Part shown: in pieces, positions 52,364 through 53,438 of the stretch
How the letters are laid out: the number at the start of each line of letters is the position of its first letter
Numbering within the stretch: position 1 is the first letter of the stretch
Source of the DNA: Candidatus Flemingiibacterium sp.
GTDB lineage: Bacteria > Bacillota > Clostridia > Oscillospirales > CAG-272
Length of the DNA: 53,438 nucleotides
Direction of reading: 5' to 3'
Assembly (NCBI GenBank): GCA_045587285.1
Contig: JAZNBZ010000182.1
Location: 1-53,438 of the forward strand
The notes under the pieces: model-generated
What the model saw: the letters and a program-made list of their open reading frames with translations, nothing else
Told to the model about the DNA's origin: nothing
Databases searched by the model: none
Program-made: the position numbers and the translations under genes

Positions 52364-53206
52364 ATGAAGATAACTAAAACACACGTTTGCGCCTCCGTTG
52401 GCGCGCTTATATGGCTTGCGACAGTCGTGCTTGCAAGCGTATACGACCTTGATATATCTTTGAAAATTGCCGACGAAGCCTCGCTTTTCGGACGTGCTCT
52501 TGAGGTCGCGGGCGAGCCGCCTGCCATACTGTTTACCTCGTTTAATCTCGCGCTTATGGCGGCTTATTTCGGAAAATGCTCGCACCTTCGCGGTAGAATA
52601 GCTTTAGCCGCACTCACCGTTATCGGCTGTGTGGGCACGTCCGTGTTCACAACGGTAAAGATAGTAAAATACCTCGCAGAGTACAGCGGCACCGAGCCGA
52701 GTGCGCTTGCAACGCTTTACGCCGTATGCGCCGCGCTTATTATCGCGTTCGTTTTCATAATGCTCGCGCTTTTTATGAAAGAGGATACGCTAAAAAAGTA
52801 TTTCCGCGTTGCATACGGATGCGTGCTTGCGGCAATTCTGACATTTGCTATAATTTGGGCGCTCAAGCTCGTTTGGGGACGCGTGCGTCCGCGCCAGCTC
52901 GAGCTTGGCGGCGGCTATTTCGCGTACACGCCGTGGTATCTGCCGCAGGGGTTTACGGGATACTTCTCCTTTCCTTCGGGACACACGGCAAACGCGACCG
53001 TCATTCTCTCCTCTCTCTACTATCTGCGATTTTTACCGCATAGATTCAAATGGCTGAAGCCGATATGTATCGCGCTTTTAGCCGTATGGATAGTGCTCGT
53101 GGCACTCTCGCGAGTGGTCGTCGGGGCGCATTTTCTCTCCGACGTGCTGTTCGGCGCGGCGATAACGCTTGGTATAGTTTATTTCAGCAAACCAAAGGAA
53201 AAATAA
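52364..53206 (+). CDS. PAP2 family phosphatase (membrane)
   Basis: KLVWGRVRPR ... PSGHT ... SRVVVGAHFLSDV are the three PAP2 motifs. Confidence 0.85.
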   Translation: MKITKTHVCASVGALIWLATVVLASVYDLDISLKIADEASLFGRALEVAGEPPAILFTSFNLALMAAYFGKCSHLRGRIALAALTVIGCVGTSVFTTVKIVKYLAEYSGTEPSALATLYAVCAALIIAFVFIMLALFMKEDTLKKYFRVAYGCVLAAILTFAIIWALKLVWGRVRPRQLELGGGYFAYTPWYLPQGFTGYFSFPSGHTANATVILSSLYYLRFLPHRFKWLKPICIALLAVWIVLVALSRVVVGAHFLSDVLFGAAITLGIVYFSKPKEK

Positions 53207-53208
53207 TT

Positions 53209-53438
53209 ATGTATATTGATCCCACGCTTTACACCACCCGTCCGACCGACGAGCGGCTCCCAAAGGAAATGCGCTCGTACGACTTACTTGAGCGTATCGG
53301 CGTCGAATACGTACGTATCGACCACGAAGCGGCGGACACAATGGAGCAGTGCGCCGAGGCTAAGGCAATTCTCGGCGTTAAGATATGCAAAAACCTGCTT
53401 CTGTGCAATCAGCAAAAAACGAAATTCTATATGCTTTT
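53209..53438 (+). CDS. YbaK/ProX-type aminoacyl-tRNA deacylase domain protein, 3' end off the window
   Basis: MYIDPTLYTTRPTDERLPKEMRSYDLLERIGVEYVRIDHEAADTMEQCAEAKAILGVKICKNLLLCNQQKTKFYML resembles prolyl-tRNA-synthetase-associated domain proteins. Confidence 0.6.
   Translation, partial: MYIDPTLYTTRPTDERLPKEMRSYDLLERIGVEYVRIDHEAADTMEQCAEAKAILGVKICKNLLLCNQQKTKFYML

Overview
The window is a chromosomal segment from a spore-forming, Clostridia-type Firmicute. Supporting markers are spoIIGA-sigE, cdaA-cdaR, a T-box leader, SLH-anchored exoproteins, potABCD and a KorDABC-type 2-oxoacid:ferredoxin oxidoreductase. It splits into two parts. (1) About 1-9750 is a visibly AT-rich, IS-punctuated accessory/mobile mosaic. 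It holds a truncated RepA/DnaB-like P-loop ATPase, a DUF6076-like protein, an orphan DUF3791, a short HipA-like kinase with an overlapping XRE antitoxin, and a ~270-nt promoter-to-terminator RNA ending in a tRNA-like minihelix. It also holds a complete IS200 element, a DUF3892 + zinc-ribbon operon with a long leader and a cis-antisense small RNA facing a 346-aa XRE-domain protein, and an IS110-family element with a candidate bridge RNA upstream of its recombinase. (2) About 9750-53438 is ordinary higher-GC core. It includes a GNAT with a structured leader, an amino-sugar-like NagA/NagB/Gfo cluster, LysR-OCD-MBL, pcp, tandem PHP paralogues, sigE/spoIIGA, potABCD, cdaA-cdaR-FAD protein and Kor. 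It also includes AraC/ROK regulators, an orphan ACP, a T-box-controlled Na+/solute symporter, two paralogous SLH esterases, a split ThrE exporter, glucokinase, PAP2 and a partial YbaK/ProX gene. No CRISPR array, rRNA or canonical tRNA was found. The best candidates for something undescribed are the RNA-rich modules in the accessory part: 2844-2950, 4519-4825, 5735-5935 and especially 6111-8188. All family names come from my recognition of motifs in the translations, not from searches. All RNA and promoter calls are predictions from sequence only.
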